Shown here one piece after another: positions 53,989-63,530 of a DNA stretch of 64,000 nt. The position numbers and the translations under genes were made by a program. A model generated the notes under the pieces. It saw only the letters and a program-made list of their open reading frames with translations. It was not told the origin of the DNA and did not search any database. Source of the stretch: a virus; IMG/VR virus record IMGVR_UViG_3300037337_000170, positions 64,648-128,647 of that record, one strand, 5' to 3'. Position 1 is the stretch's first letter, and every line of letters starts with the position of its first letter.

Positions 53989-56517
53989 ATGAACACTGCG
54001 AAAAATAACCGATTCTATACTTCTATTGCCAAAAGTGGACAAAATATTCTAGTTCGCGAGGTTGTTGATGGAATTCACTCTCTACGAAAAGATATTTGGT
54101 CACCTACCTACTATCTTAAAGATGCAAGCAATAATTCTGGCCTGAAGACGCTTTATGGTGATTCAGTTAAGGCTGTTAAGCCAGGAAATATGTATGAAGC
54201 CAGGGAATGGTGCAAACAGTACACCGGTATTTCTGGCGTAGAAGTATTTGGTCAACAGAATGAAATACTGCAATATGCGAATGAATACCAATTTACTGGA
54301 TGGGATTTCAAACATATTAAAGCATACTCAATTGATATTGAAACCGGGTCGGCCGACGGAAATTTTCCTGACCCAAAATATGCCCTCGGTGAGGTTCAAC
54401 TAATTACTCTTCAGGATATGCACACCAAGCGTTGCTATACCTGGGGGACTAAGAAATATACACCGACTGGAAAGCATAAGGTCGAAACGGCTTATACTCA
54501 ATGCTCAGATGAAAAAACACTACTGAAAATGTTCCTAATATTCTGGGAACAAAAACAACCTGATGTTATTACTGGCTGGAATTGTGATGGCTTCGATATG
54601 CCGTACCTGGTTAATCGACTTAATATCATACTTGGTCCCGACTTTACCAAGAAGTTATCTCCTTGGGGTCAGGTTGATTTCAAATTGAGAATGTTTCAGG
54701 GCCGAGAAGAATGTGAATATTCTATCGTTGGTGTGTCTGTCCTAGATATGATGCTGTTAATGAAAAAATTCACCACCAATGCTCGTGAGAGTTGGAGTCT
54801 TGGCTCGGTTGCCCAGGAAGAATTAGGTACTACAAAACTCGAAAATCCCGAGGAATCATTTGATGCATTCTATCGTAATGCGTTTGATGAATTCGTAGAG
54901 TACAACATTGTTGATACTGAATTGGTTAGCAAGATTAATGATAAACTAAAATTAATCCAGCTGGCATGTACTATGGCTTATGAAGCTAGGATTAACTATA
55001 CTGATGTATACAGCCCCGTTAAAACTTGGGATGCTATCATGCATAATCAACTTTTAAGTATGGGGATTGTAACACCACCAAGGAAGAGTAGCGGTATAAC
55101 TTCACAGATTGAGGGGGCCTATGTTAAAACTCCGGTCCCTGGTATGTATAGGCAGATTATTTCCTTTGATTTTTCATCGCTCTATCCTAGCATTATGCGC
55201 GCATTAAATCTTTCGCCAGAAACATATCTGGGGCAAACAGAAAGCACGGTTGAGTCGTGTCTAGCTGGAACTTATCCTAAGACAGATTCGGAAGTCTGTA
55301 TTGCTCCTAATGGTTCTATGTATTCAAAAAAGTCCCTAGGTATTATTCCTCTAGTCATTAAACTGTATATGACAAAGCGGCGAGACGCTAAAAACTTAAT
55401 GCTTGACATTGAGCGGCAGATTGAACAATTAAAGACAACTACCAATGACAAAAAAGAAATTTTCATCTTATCACAGCGTTATTCAGAGCTGAATAACATT
55501 CAAACTGCATATAAGCTAAATTTAAATTCACTTTATGGCTCGTTAGCCAACGCCGGGTTTCGTTACTTTAATCCAGATATTGCAGAATCAATTACCTTAA
55601 CTGGTCAGCTATTACTTCGAACTTTAGAGGCTAGGTTTGACAAAGAGTTTTCTGATGTAATGAAGATAGATTGTACTGGTACTATGTTCTATGCCGATAC
55701 CGATAGTGCGATAATGACACTTGATAAGGTAGTCAAAAAATATGCACCCAACAATACTGTTGAGCAGAATATCAAGCTAATTGAGAAGTTGGCTAATGAT
55801 AAAATGTCGCCGGTTATCACAAAAATTACTCAGGATATTGCGACCAAACTAAATGTGTATGAAAATACATTTAATATGAAGCTTGAGATGGCAGCATCAC
55901 ATCTGGTCCAACTTGGCAAGAAAAAATACTTCGCGCGGGTCTATTCCTCTGAAGGTGTATCCTATGCAAAGCCAAAATTGAAAATTATGGGAATGGAGAT
56001 TATTAAGTCATCTACCCCTAAGGTAATCCAAAAAGCTTTAAAAGACTCAATTGAAATTATTCTTGACAGTACCGAATCAGAAATGCAAGAATACATCGCA
56101 AAGGTAAAAGCAGATTTTGTTAACTTGACAGTTGAACAAATTGCTTTCCCGCGTGGGCTGTCTAACCTAGCCGAATATTCTGACCCTAATACTATTTTCG
56201 GAAAGAAGACACCTATTCATGTTAGAGCAGCCCTACTCTACAACCATCTGCTAGAAAAAAATGGCCTAACCAAAAAATATGAAATTTTAAAAGAAGGGAA
56301 CAAACTTAAGTTTATCTACCTAGCAGAACCAAATCCATTACACCAAAACATCATCGGGTGGCCTGTGGACAACAAGCTACCAACTGAGTTCGGTCTACAC
56401 AAATATATCGATGTTGATCTTCAGTTTGAAAAGGTATTTCTGAATGCTGTTCAACTTATGATCGAGCCCATGAACTGGAAGGCCGAGCACAGGAATGATC
56501 TTTCTGAATTCTTTTAA
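53989..56517 (+). CDS. gp43: Family B DNA polymerase gp43 (in-frame ATGs also at 53938 and 53968)
   Basis: DIETG, GWN..FD.PY, DFSSLYPS, K...NSLYG and YADTDS motifs. Confidence 0.97.
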   Translation: MNTAKNNRFYTSIAKSGQNILVREVVDGIHSLRKDIWSPTYYLKDASNNSGLKTLYGDSVKAVKPGNMYEAREWCKQYTGISGVEVFGQQNEILQYANEYQFTGWDFKHIKAYSIDIETGSADGNFPDPKYALGEVQLITLQDMHTKRCYTWGTKKYTPTGKHKVETAYTQCSDEKTLLKMFLIFWEQKQPDVITGWNCDGFDMPYLVNRLNIILGPDFTKKLSPWGQVDFKLRMFQGREECEYSIVGVSVLDMMLLMKKFTTNARESWSLGSVAQEELGTTKLENPEESFDAFYRNAFDEFVEYNIVDTELVSKINDKLKLIQLACTMAYEARINYTDVYSPVKTWDAIMHNQLLSMGIVTPPRKSSGITSQIEGAYVKTPVPGMYRQIISFDFSSLYPSIMRALNLSPETYLGQTESTVESCLAGTYPKTDSEVCIAPNGSMYSKKSLGIIPLVIKLYMTKRRDAKNLMLDIERQIEQLKTTTNDKKEIFILSQRYSELNNIQTAYKLNLNSLYGSLANAGFRYFNPDIAESITLTGQLLLRTLEARFDKEFSDVMKIDCTGTMFYADTDSAIMTLDKVVKKYAPNNTVEQNIKLIEKLANDKMSPVITKITQDIATKLNVYENTFNMKLEMAASHLVQLGKKKYFARVYSSEGVSYAKPKLKIMGMEIIKSSTPKVIQKALKDSIEIILDSTESEMQEYIAKVKADFVNLTVEQIAFPRGLSNLAEYSDPNTIFGKKTPIHVRAALLYNHLLEKNGLTKKYEILKEGNKLKFIYLAEPNPLHQNIIGWPVDNKLPTEFGLHKYIDVDLQFEKVFLNAVQLMIEPMNWKAEHRNDLSEFF

Positions 56518-57356
56518 TGAGTCACTTAAAGCTGTTTAGATATGCCGGTAGTAAGAACAAATATTTGGATATTATACTACCTCTAATAGATACAAAAAAA
56601 CATCTGATAGAGCCATTTCTGGGTTCTGCCGCAGTATCCCTAAATGTTAACAATAAAACTTTAGCATTTGACTATAATGAAAGATTAATAGACTTGTTTA
56701 ATGGCTTTAAGATTATAAACATCGAACAGTATATTAAACTCTATAATTGTAAAGACCCAGAACTTATCCCTAATGATCATCAATCATACTATAGCTATAG
56801 GAATTATTATAACCTAAACTATGATTCTTTGAATCTACCACAAAAGGCAGTTCATCAACAAAAACTATTCCAGTGTTGTTTGAATTCTCTTGCTAGATGG
56901 GGCCCTAATGGATTTAATCAAAGCTTTGGTTGTCGAAGCCATTCAATGCTCGACCTTTGTATGCTTAAGAAAATCATAGAGAGATGTCAGAATATAGACT
57001 TTAAGCAGGCCGACTTCTTCAACTTGGGTGCTCTTGATAATAAGGATACCACTTGGTTTTTAGACCCACCCTATTACAAAAACCCGATAAATTACAAATC
57101 TAATTTTAACAATTTAAAGACAAAAATCTTTATTGGTATGATAGAAGAGTTTCATGGCAATGTAATTTACACAGATACTATTCATGAATATAATGCCCAT
57201 TTATTAACTTCATGGAACTGTGTAAAGCTAGATAATCTTTGGACTACAAGTACTAAACCAAGAAAGGATAATACATCAGTGGACAATCCCGAATACATAT
57301 TCTGTAATTTTGAATTCCAAAAGCAAACTACTAGTGATCTCTCTGAATTCTTTTAA
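56517..57356 (+). CDS. dam: DNA adenine methyltransferase (Dam-like)
   Basis: FRYAGSK, EPFLGS.AV, FN..FG and LDPPY motifs. Confidence 0.85.
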   Translation: MSHLKLFRYAGSKNKYLDIILPLIDTKKHLIEPFLGSAAVSLNVNNKTLAFDYNERLIDLFNGFKIINIEQYIKLYNCKDPELIPNDHQSYYSYRNYYNLNYDSLNLPQKAVHQQKLFQCCLNSLARWGPNGFNQSFGCRSHSMLDLCMLKKIIERCQNIDFKQADFFNLGALDNKDTTWFLDPPYYKNPINYKSNFNNLKTKIFIGMIEEFHGNVIYTDTIHEYNAHLLTSWNCVKLDNLWTTSTKPRKDNTSVDNPEYIFCNFEFQKQTTSDLSEFF

Positions 57357-57369
57357 AAATTGGAACTTT

Positions 57370-57750
57370 ATGAATCTAGAACAAATTACCAAACTTTTTC
57401 AACCACAACTTGATAAAACCAAACCTGAATGTGGTGATTTTCTTAGGGGCCTTTCCCTGGAAGAAGCCAAAAGCAACTTCCTTAATAACCAGAAAATGAC
57501 CCAGGGGGTTTTTGATATTGATACTTATTTTGCCAGACATGTGGAAAATAGTCAAAAACATATCGGGCAGACTCAGCTTTTTTATATGTTTGAAACGTTC
57601 GATCCTATTGAAACACATGCCGGCAAGAATATCAAGAATATTTTGTTGAGTGTAGTAAAAATCTGGTCGGGAGATCTTGATACCTTATTGGATCTCAGAC
57701 ATATCCCAAGATCACATGGGTCCTTGCCACGATTTGGCCCAAAGAAATAA
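57370..57750 (+). CDS. Hypothetical protein
   Basis: GGA RBS before ATG 57370. Confidence 0.6.
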   Translation: MNLEQITKLFQPQLDKTKPECGDFLRGLSLEEAKSNFLNNQKMTQGVFDIDTYFARHVENSQKHIGQTQLFYMFETFDPIETHAGKNIKNILLSVVKIWSGDLDTLLDLRHIPRSHGSLPRFGPKK

Positions 57751-57807
57751 GATTATTTCGCTTCTCATATTACCGTTATATAATTAATCTTTACACCAAG
57801 GAAAAAC

Positions 57808-58866
57808 ATGATGTCTCTAATGGATAAGCTACGGAAAAATTCAACTATCAAGATCGCATCGGTCTTGGACAAGTCCACCTTCTTCAACGATGTCGACGAA
57901 ACTATTACGGATATCCCAGCGATTAATATTGCATTATCCGGCAGCATCGATGGCGGGATGAAGTCGGGCATTCTTACTATTGCTGGACCAAGTCGACATT
58001 TTAAAACTATGTATGGTCTAATCATTGCGGCTGCATATCTTAAAAAGCATAAGGACGCAGTTTTATTTTTTATGGACTCGGAATTTGGATCTCCCAAAGA
58101 GTACTTCTCAGCGGTTGGAATTGATACCTCTAGAGTCCTGCATGTTCCGGTGAAAAATCTGGAAGAATTAAAGTTTGAAATGATGCAGCAATTGACTACC
58201 ATTACTAGGGGTGAAAAGGTATTCTTCATGATTGATTCGATAGGAAATCTTGCGAGTTTAAAAGAACAAGATGATGCTATCGATGGTAAATCTGTGGGCG
58301 ATATGTCGAGGGCAAAATACCTTAAAAGCTTCTACCGAATCATTACCCCGTACCTACGTATTTTGGATATTCCTTTAGTACAAATTGGTCACATTTATAT
58401 GACCCAAGAAATTTATAGTAAGGCCGTATTAAGTGGCGGCACTGGTGTAATGTTGGCTAGCGATAATGTATGGCTAATCGGACGTTCACAGGACAAGGAC
58501 GGTACGGAACTATCTGGATATAATTTTACTATCCGCATCGAAAAATCTAGATATGTAAGAGAAAAATCTGCTATTCCTATTACTGTAAAGTTTGAGGGTG
58601 GTTTATCAAAATACACCGGTCTACTTGAAATTGCATTAGATAGTAAAGCTGTTCAAAAACCCTCTAATGGATGGTATTCTAGAGTTGATGATGATGGTGT
58701 TATGGAAGATAAAAAGTTTCGAGCCAAGGATATTGATAATAAAGACTTCTGGGCACCGGTCCTTAAAACAAATCTATTCAAGGATTATCTAACCTTAACG
58801 TATAAGGTAAGCAATGGAGCTTTACTAACAGATGATGCAATCGATACCGAACTAGCCAACATTTAA
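57808..58866 (+). CDS. uvsX: RecA-like recombinase UvsX
   Basis: INIALSG..DGG, AGPSRHFKT, DSEFG, DSIGNLAS, DMSRAK and KSR.V.EK motifs. Confidence 0.95.
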   Translation: MMSLMDKLRKNSTIKIASVLDKSTFFNDVDETITDIPAINIALSGSIDGGMKSGILTIAGPSRHFKTMYGLIIAAAYLKKHKDAVLFFMDSEFGSPKEYFSAVGIDTSRVLHVPVKNLEELKFEMMQQLTTITRGEKVFFMIDSIGNLASLKEQDDAIDGKSVGDMSRAKYLKSFYRIITPYLRILDIPLVQIGHIYMTQEIYSKAVLSGGTGVMLASDNVWLIGRSQDKDGTELSGYNFTIRIEKSRYVREKSAIPITVKFEGGLSKYTGLLEIALDSKAVQKPSNGWYSRVDDDGVMEDKKFRAKDIDNKDFWAPVLKTNLFKDYLTLTYKVSNGALLTDDAIDTELANI

Positions 58867-58881
58867 GAATAAGGATATATC

Positions 58882-59325
58882 ATGAAATTAACTAATCAAA
58901 ACACCCGCGTTGACTATACCGAATCCTATCTTGCCAATATTACTATTCTTGAAGGCGATGATTCTGGAATTGTATATCAATACGGCCGCGTATGGGTGAA
59001 TACGGATGATGTAGATAATCCTTCTTTACAATTTGATTACAATGTAATTCAAGGGACCCCGGTAGATAAAAAGTCGTTTGAGCATGATGTTGCTACTCTA
59101 CTTCATACAATGATTGTAGAACAATTGGAGGCTGGAGAGGTTCAATACACTGGTGGCACAGACCCAGATAAAGGTCAGATCAACAGCCTAATTCAAGAAG
59201 CCTCTACTGGCTTAGAATTTCCGACATTGAATACACAGGTGGGTGCATTTGTAGCAAAACCCAAGGAAAATGCTATGGATTTTCTAAACCGGCTTGCGGC
59301 AGAAGGTAGTAAGGCAATGAAGTAA
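58882..59325 (+). CDS. Conserved hypothetical protein at the T4 gp40 position
   Basis: I.EG...GIVYQYG.V...L.FDY motif; lies between uvsX and 41. Confidence 0.6.
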   Translation: MKLTNQNTRVDYTESYLANITILEGDDSGIVYQYGRVWVNTDDVDNPSLQFDYNVIQGTPVDKKSFEHDVATLLHTMIVEQLEAGEVQYTGGTDPDKGQINSLIQEASTGLEFPTLNTQVGAFVAKPKENAMDFLNRLAAEGSKAMK

Positions 59326-59333
59326 TTTATTTC

Positions 59334-59349
59334 GGGGACTTCGGTCCCC
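59334..59349 (+). terminator. cUUCGg hairpin inside the gp41 promoter spacer
   Basis: GGGGAC-TTCG-GTCCCC; no U-tract. Confidence 0.45.
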
Positions 59350-59382
59350 ATATATAATGGGACATAAACCTACGGAGTATTA

Positions 59383-60762
59383 ATGTCAGAAGTGAAAATT
59401 GAAACCAGCATCCTAGCCAATCTACTAATTAATGAAAAATACAGCCGTGTGGTTATTCCTTTTCTTAAGGATACCTACTTTAGCGATAAAGCTGAAAGCC
59501 AAATTCTAAAACTTTCACTAGAATTTTTCAATAAACACAATAGAGCTACTACTCCAGAGATTCTTTCACTGGAGTTAAAAAATGTCAAGGGACTTTCAGA
59601 TGCCGAATTAGAAACTGCCCAGCTTCTTGTTAATTCATTTTCTACTACCCCAACTGATATTGATTGGCTGCTAACTGCCACCGAAACTTTTTGTAAAAAA
59701 CGGGCTATCTATCTTGCCATCATGGAATCTATTGGCATCATGGATGGCTCATCGAAACTAACTGATGATGCCATACCCAAGCTTCTTGCTGATGCCATCA
59801 ATATTAACTTTGATTCATCAGTAGGCCATGCTTATTTGGCCGATGCTTCAGACCGCTTTGATCAATATAATCTAGTCGAGGATAAGATTTCGTTTGGTAT
59901 TACTGCTCTCGATAAATTGACCAAGGGTGGAATGAGTAGAAAAACTCTAAACTCAGTAGGCGGTTCATCTGGCGCCGGCAAATCAATTTTTATGACTAAC
60001 AATGCCGCAGTCGCATTGGCCGCCGGTAAGAATGTATTGTATATTACCATGGAGATGTCTGAAATTAGGATCTCCGAACGTATCGATGCGAACCTAATGA
60101 ACATCACGGTTGATAGTATTAAGGGTCTTCCAAAAGATGTCTTCATGTCGAAAATCGATAAGATTTCATCCAAGACTCATGGCAAACTATATGTTAAGGA
60201 ATATCCTACAGGCGCAGCACATTCTGGACATTTTCGTGGCCTACTAGAAGAACTAAAAACCAAACAGAATTTTATTCCCAATCTAATTATTATTGACTAT
60301 CTAGGTATCTGTGCTTCTGCTAGGATCAAGATGGGTGGGTCGACTAACACCAATACATATGTTAAGACTATCGCAGAAGAACTACGATCACTGGCAATTG
60401 AATTTAACGTACCGATTCTTACAGGCCATCAACTAAATCGTGGTGCTTATGATAATTCCGATGTGTCAATGGCTGACACCGCAGATAGTATCGGCTTGAT
60501 AATGAGCCTGGATAGCGCCTTTACTCTTATTGCCACAGATGAATTATCAGAGATGGATCAAATTATCATCAAGATGTTAAAAAATCGGTATGGTGAACTT
60601 GATAAATTTGTTGTGGGTCTTGAAAAAGCAAAAATGAAATTCTATGAACTAGAGGCAAGTGCCCAGACTTTGGCCAAACCTGCATTGGCCCCTCAACCCA
60701 GTAATGCACCACAACGATTAGGTAAAGCAGCCGCAGAAAAATTCTCTGGCTTTAAGATGTAA
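59383..60762 (+). CDS. gp41: Replicative helicase gp41
   Basis: FDSSVGH.Y, GAGKS, LYITMEM.E..I.ERIDAN, KEYPT, IDYL.IC and LKNRY motifs. Confidence 0.96.
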   Translation: MSEVKIETSILANLLINEKYSRVVIPFLKDTYFSDKAESQILKLSLEFFNKHNRATTPEILSLELKNVKGLSDAELETAQLLVNSFSTTPTDIDWLLTATETFCKKRAIYLAIMESIGIMDGSSKLTDDAIPKLLADAININFDSSVGHAYLADASDRFDQYNLVEDKISFGITALDKLTKGGMSRKTLNSVGGSSGAGKSIFMTNNAAVALAAGKNVLYITMEMSEIRISERIDANLMNITVDSIKGLPKDVFMSKIDKISSKTHGKLYVKEYPTGAAHSGHFRGLLEELKTKQNFIPNLIIIDYLGICASARIKMGGSTNTNTYVKTIAEELRSLAIEFNVPILTGHQLNRGAYDNSDVSMADTADSIGLIMSLDSAFTLIATDELSEMDQIIIKMLKNRYGELDKFVVGLEKAKMKFYELEASAQTLAKPALAPQPSNAPQRLGKAAAEKFSGFKM

Positions 60763-60789
60763 ATAACATTTCAACAACAAAGGTATACT

Positions 60790-60996
60790 ATGAAAAAAGA
60801 ATTTAAGCAAGGCCAACGATTAACAATGCAAGATATTTTTGGTAGGTTTCTAGAAGATGAATTTCCTCCAAAATATGTTTTTTGCATGTTTGATGGGCAG
60901 CCCCGAAGTCTAAGCCTTTCCGAACTATCCGATTATGACTATGTTTTTACAGGTATCGATCAATTTTCTAATCTACCCGAATTAGAAAAGGCTTAA
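60790..60996 (+). CDS. Hypothetical protein
   Basis: AAGGT RBS. Confidence 0.55.
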   Translation: MKKEFKQGQRLTMQDIFGRFLEDEFPPKYVFCMFDGQPRSLSLSELSDYDYVFTGIDQFSNLPELEKA

Positions 60997-60999
60997 ATA

Positions 61000-61635
61000 A
61001 TGAAGAGAGTTTTGCTTGTATTGGCATTTTTCTCTTCGGTTTCATATGCTTCATGCCCAGAGCTATACGCTGCTGGGCTTAAAAAGCATAAGCAGTCGAC
61101 TGAATTGTGCAATATTTTTTTTGTAATTTCATATGATGAGGTCAATTCTAGGCCAAAATTTGTTTCAGAAAGACTAAAACAAGGCACCGATGTTGGTAAA
61201 ATTGAAAGAGTAAATTCTTTTAGACAAGATTCACGCATTAAAAATAGCCCTGAAAATGCTGATTATGCTGCATCTGGTTATGACCGTGGACATCTGGCAC
61301 CATCAGCGAATGCTTCAACAAAAGATGAACAACGCGCTACATTTGTTCTGACAAATATGACACCGCAAGTACCAACCCTGAATAGAAAGGCCTGGAAGGT
61401 ATTAGAGGATAATATTAGAGATATTTTCTATGCATCAACTTTGGATGTATTCGTTGTTACCATTCCAATTTACTCTAAAGATCCACCTTACATGCTCGGC
61501 GCGATTCCTATACCTACTGGTTATTGGAAGGTGGTAATAGCAAATGGCGAAACAAAAACATACTACGCAGATAATATTTTTATGGCCGAAGTAAAAGAAC
61601 ATAAACAGATAAAGTGGCTAGAGCTAATACGTTAA
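61000..61635 (+). CDS. DNA/RNA non-specific endonuclease (NucA/EndA family) with signal peptide
   Basis: MKRVLLVLAFFSSVSYA signal; SGYDRGHLAP, TNMTPQ...NR..W..LE and IPTGYWK motifs. Confidence 0.9.
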   Translation: MKRVLLVLAFFSSVSYASCPELYAAGLKKHKQSTELCNIFFVISYDEVNSRPKFVSERLKQGTDVGKIERVNSFRQDSRIKNSPENADYAASGYDRGHLAPSANASTKDEQRATFVLTNMTPQVPTLNRKAWKVLEDNIRDIFYASTLDVFVVTIPIYSKDPPYMLGAIPIPTGYWKVVIANGETKTYYADNIFMAEVKEHKQIKWLELIR

Positions 61636-61651
61636 AAATTTAAATTTTTTA

Positions 61652-61750
61652 TGTACAAAGAGTTACTCTAAGTAGGTGTCTGTTTATTTTTCTAGCCAGA
61701 TTTGGTGAATATAATATATTATGCTCTCCAGTCATTGGTTGTTCGTAAGG
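61652..61750 (+). promoter_or_regulatory. Repeated orphan promoter element, copy 4 (plus strand)
   Basis: TGTACAA-N4-TTACT-N14-GTTTATT-N21-TATAAT...ATGCTCTCCAG...TTGTTCGTAAG. Confidence 0.55.
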
Positions 61751-61934
61751 TCATTCTACCTTGTTGGGTAGATGTTTAGTATTCTTGAGGCATGCCTAGG
61801 ACAGTCTTAGCCGCTGTTTAAGCGGGTTTATGCTTTAGCCGATGTTGACCTAGACACTCTACAAGCGACGCTCACACATGATTTTACTTTTATTCTGGGC
61901 GGTGATATAATAACTTATCAACACGGAAACATAA

Positions 61935-62087
61935 ATGTACATTCTTATCACTTCCAGCGGCAAAGTCATGAAATTTACGGTCAAGGCTTGTGCAGAGTTG
62001 TATGCAGTGTGCTACGGCGGTCAGATTATCGACAACCAGCTTTATGCTAGCGTATACGCCGAGGTTTTTGAAGCAGAACTTGTGTAA
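61935..62087 (+). CDS. Small hypothetical early protein (50 aa)
   Basis: Own promoter and GGA RBS; MYILITSSGKVMKFTVKACAELY... Confidence 0.6.
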   Translation: MYILITSSGKVMKFTVKACAELYAVCYGGQIIDNQLYASVYAEVFEAELV

Positions 62088-62316
62088 AGTTTTACTTTTA
62101 TTCTGGGCGGTGATATAATAAACACATACCAACCAACACGGAAACATCATGAACAACGTAATCAAACAAGCTAGGTTTTAGCCCTTGTGGCATAGAGTTG
62201 GCGCCGTGTATTCCTATCACCATATTGAATATGATGGTGTTATATAGTAGCATTGCAGAAGAAACAGAAGCAATAGGTAAAAGTTATTACCTGATTACAA
62301 ACTATGGAAAAAGAAT

Positions 62317-62484
62317 ATGAAAACAATACACTATATTGATGTTAGTAAGATGTCTGAAAAAGAACTATGTGGCATTCTTGGACTTGAATATACTCCTTGG
62401 TATAAAAGTTCTTTATTTTGGTCACTAGCATTATCGTTTTCTATGCCGTCTTTGCTTATACTAATTAATATTTTTGGAAATTAA
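62317..62484 (+). CDS. Small protein with C-terminal TM (55 aa)
   Basis: MKTIHYIDVSKMSEKELCGILGLEYTPWYKS... Confidence 0.5.
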   Translation: MKTIHYIDVSKMSEKELCGILGLEYTPWYKSSLFWSLALSFSMPSLLILINIFGN

Positions 62485-62603
62485 AAAGAACACAACAGGA
62501 TGAAGATTGGTTTAGTCACCAGCTTCGAACCAATCTCCCAAAATGTTTTTACTTTTATTGTTGAATGTGTTATAATAAACACATACCAACCAAGGATCAC
62601 AAA

Positions 62604-62753
62604 ATGTTTTCAGTCATCGCCTTCAACGACAATACCTTATCCAGAACTGTTGTTGCTGATTCCCTGTCCGAAGTAGACGCACAGGACTTGATGCTAGAAG
62701 CAGAGCAAACCAATCTTGATGTGTCTGTCTTTTTCGAAGTTGTTCAAGACTGA
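62604..62753 (+). CDS. Small acidic early protein (49 aa)
   Basis: AAGGA RBS after a promoter. Confidence 0.6.
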   Translation: MFSVIAFNDNTLSRTVVADSLSEVDAQDLMLEAEQTNLDVSVFFEVVQD

Positions 62754-62788
62754 TTTTACTTTTATTACTAGATGTGTTATAATAACTT

Positions 62789-63007
62789 ATGAACAAAATT
62801 ATTCAATCTTTTATCGACAAATCCACCAATCATAATACCGGTTACTTTGATAAGGAAATGTTTGCTGCACTGATCGTTAAGGCCTGCGCTGATGCAGCTG
62901 ATATGGGCTACGAAGGTGATTGCGGAGATTATGTCGGGGATTATGTCGGGGAGTCAATGGGCTATGGCGAAGACAAGGGAATTACGAACTGGAGATTAGG
63001 CAGTTAA
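62789..63007 (+). CDS. Hypothetical early protein, probably leaderless
   Basis: ATG 5 nt after TATAAT; FAALIVKACA motif common in small phage ORFs. Confidence 0.65.
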   Translation: MNKIIQSFIDKSTNHNTGYFDKEMFAALIVKACADAADMGYEGDCGDYVGDYVGESMGYGEDKGITNWRLGS

Positions 63008-63088
63008 CTCAGTCGGATTAGAAATTTCAAATCCTTTCGCTACCACACAAAAATATTTTTACTTTTATTACTAGATGTGTTATAATAG

Positions 63089-63214
63089 AAACTTAGGATG
63101 ATTTATCAGGTAGTATAACGGCTGATCACCGTAACATGGTTGTTACCCGCCGGGCTGGGTATGTGGTTCGATTCCACGGTATTACCTGATAAGTTTTTCT
63201 AAAACCTGAAGTTT
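63089..63214 (+). ncRNA. Putative structured tRNA-like ncRNA
   Basis: Own promoter; 13-bp closing stem (63103-63115/63180-63192), internal hairpins and T-arm GTGG-TTCGATT-CCAC. Confidence 0.5.
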
Positions 63215-63273
63215 TAGTTATATAAATAATAAATAACATGTAACAAACAAAAAGATTTAGATAGAAAAATTGT

Positions 63274-63423
63274 ATGAAATTTGCTTCGATGAAACACACA
63301 AAAACCTTATCGTTGGCCACATGCCTCCGCGGGTTTGATGCGATCGGCAATCAGCTGACCATCGTGTGGGCACCGGCAAGCCTAAATACACGTCATTATG
63401 AGACCGGACCTCCGGGTATCTGA
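63274..63423 (+). CDS. Putative leader peptide (49 aa) ending GPPGI
   Basis: Follows late promoter TATAAATA at 63221; its 3' end is complementary to the terminator arm. Confidence 0.4.
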   Translation: MKFASMKHTKTLSLATCLRGFDAIGNQLTIVWAPASLNTRHYETGPPGI

Positions 63424-63445
63424 ACCAGATCTAAGATCAACTTCA

Positions 63446-63478
63446 GACCCCCGGAATCCACAAGGACCCGGGGGTTTT
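63446..63478 (+). terminator. Intrinsic terminator/attenuator hairpin
   Basis: GACCCCCGG...CCGGGGGTTTT. Confidence 0.75.
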
Positions 63479-63530
63479 ACTTTTATTACTAGATGTGTTA
63501 TAATAAACACATACCAAGAGGAAACGAAAG

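Noticed and set aside
320-61238. Numerous minus-strand and alternative-frame ORFs in the track (e.g. 1086-1508, 25864-26433, 39825-40421, 47989-48462, 57765-58229)
   Set aside because: They shadow well-supported plus-strand genes and lack RBSs and recognisable motifs
63126-63350. 74-aa minus-strand ORF
   Set aside because: Antisense to plus-strand promoters and structured RNA; no recognisable motif
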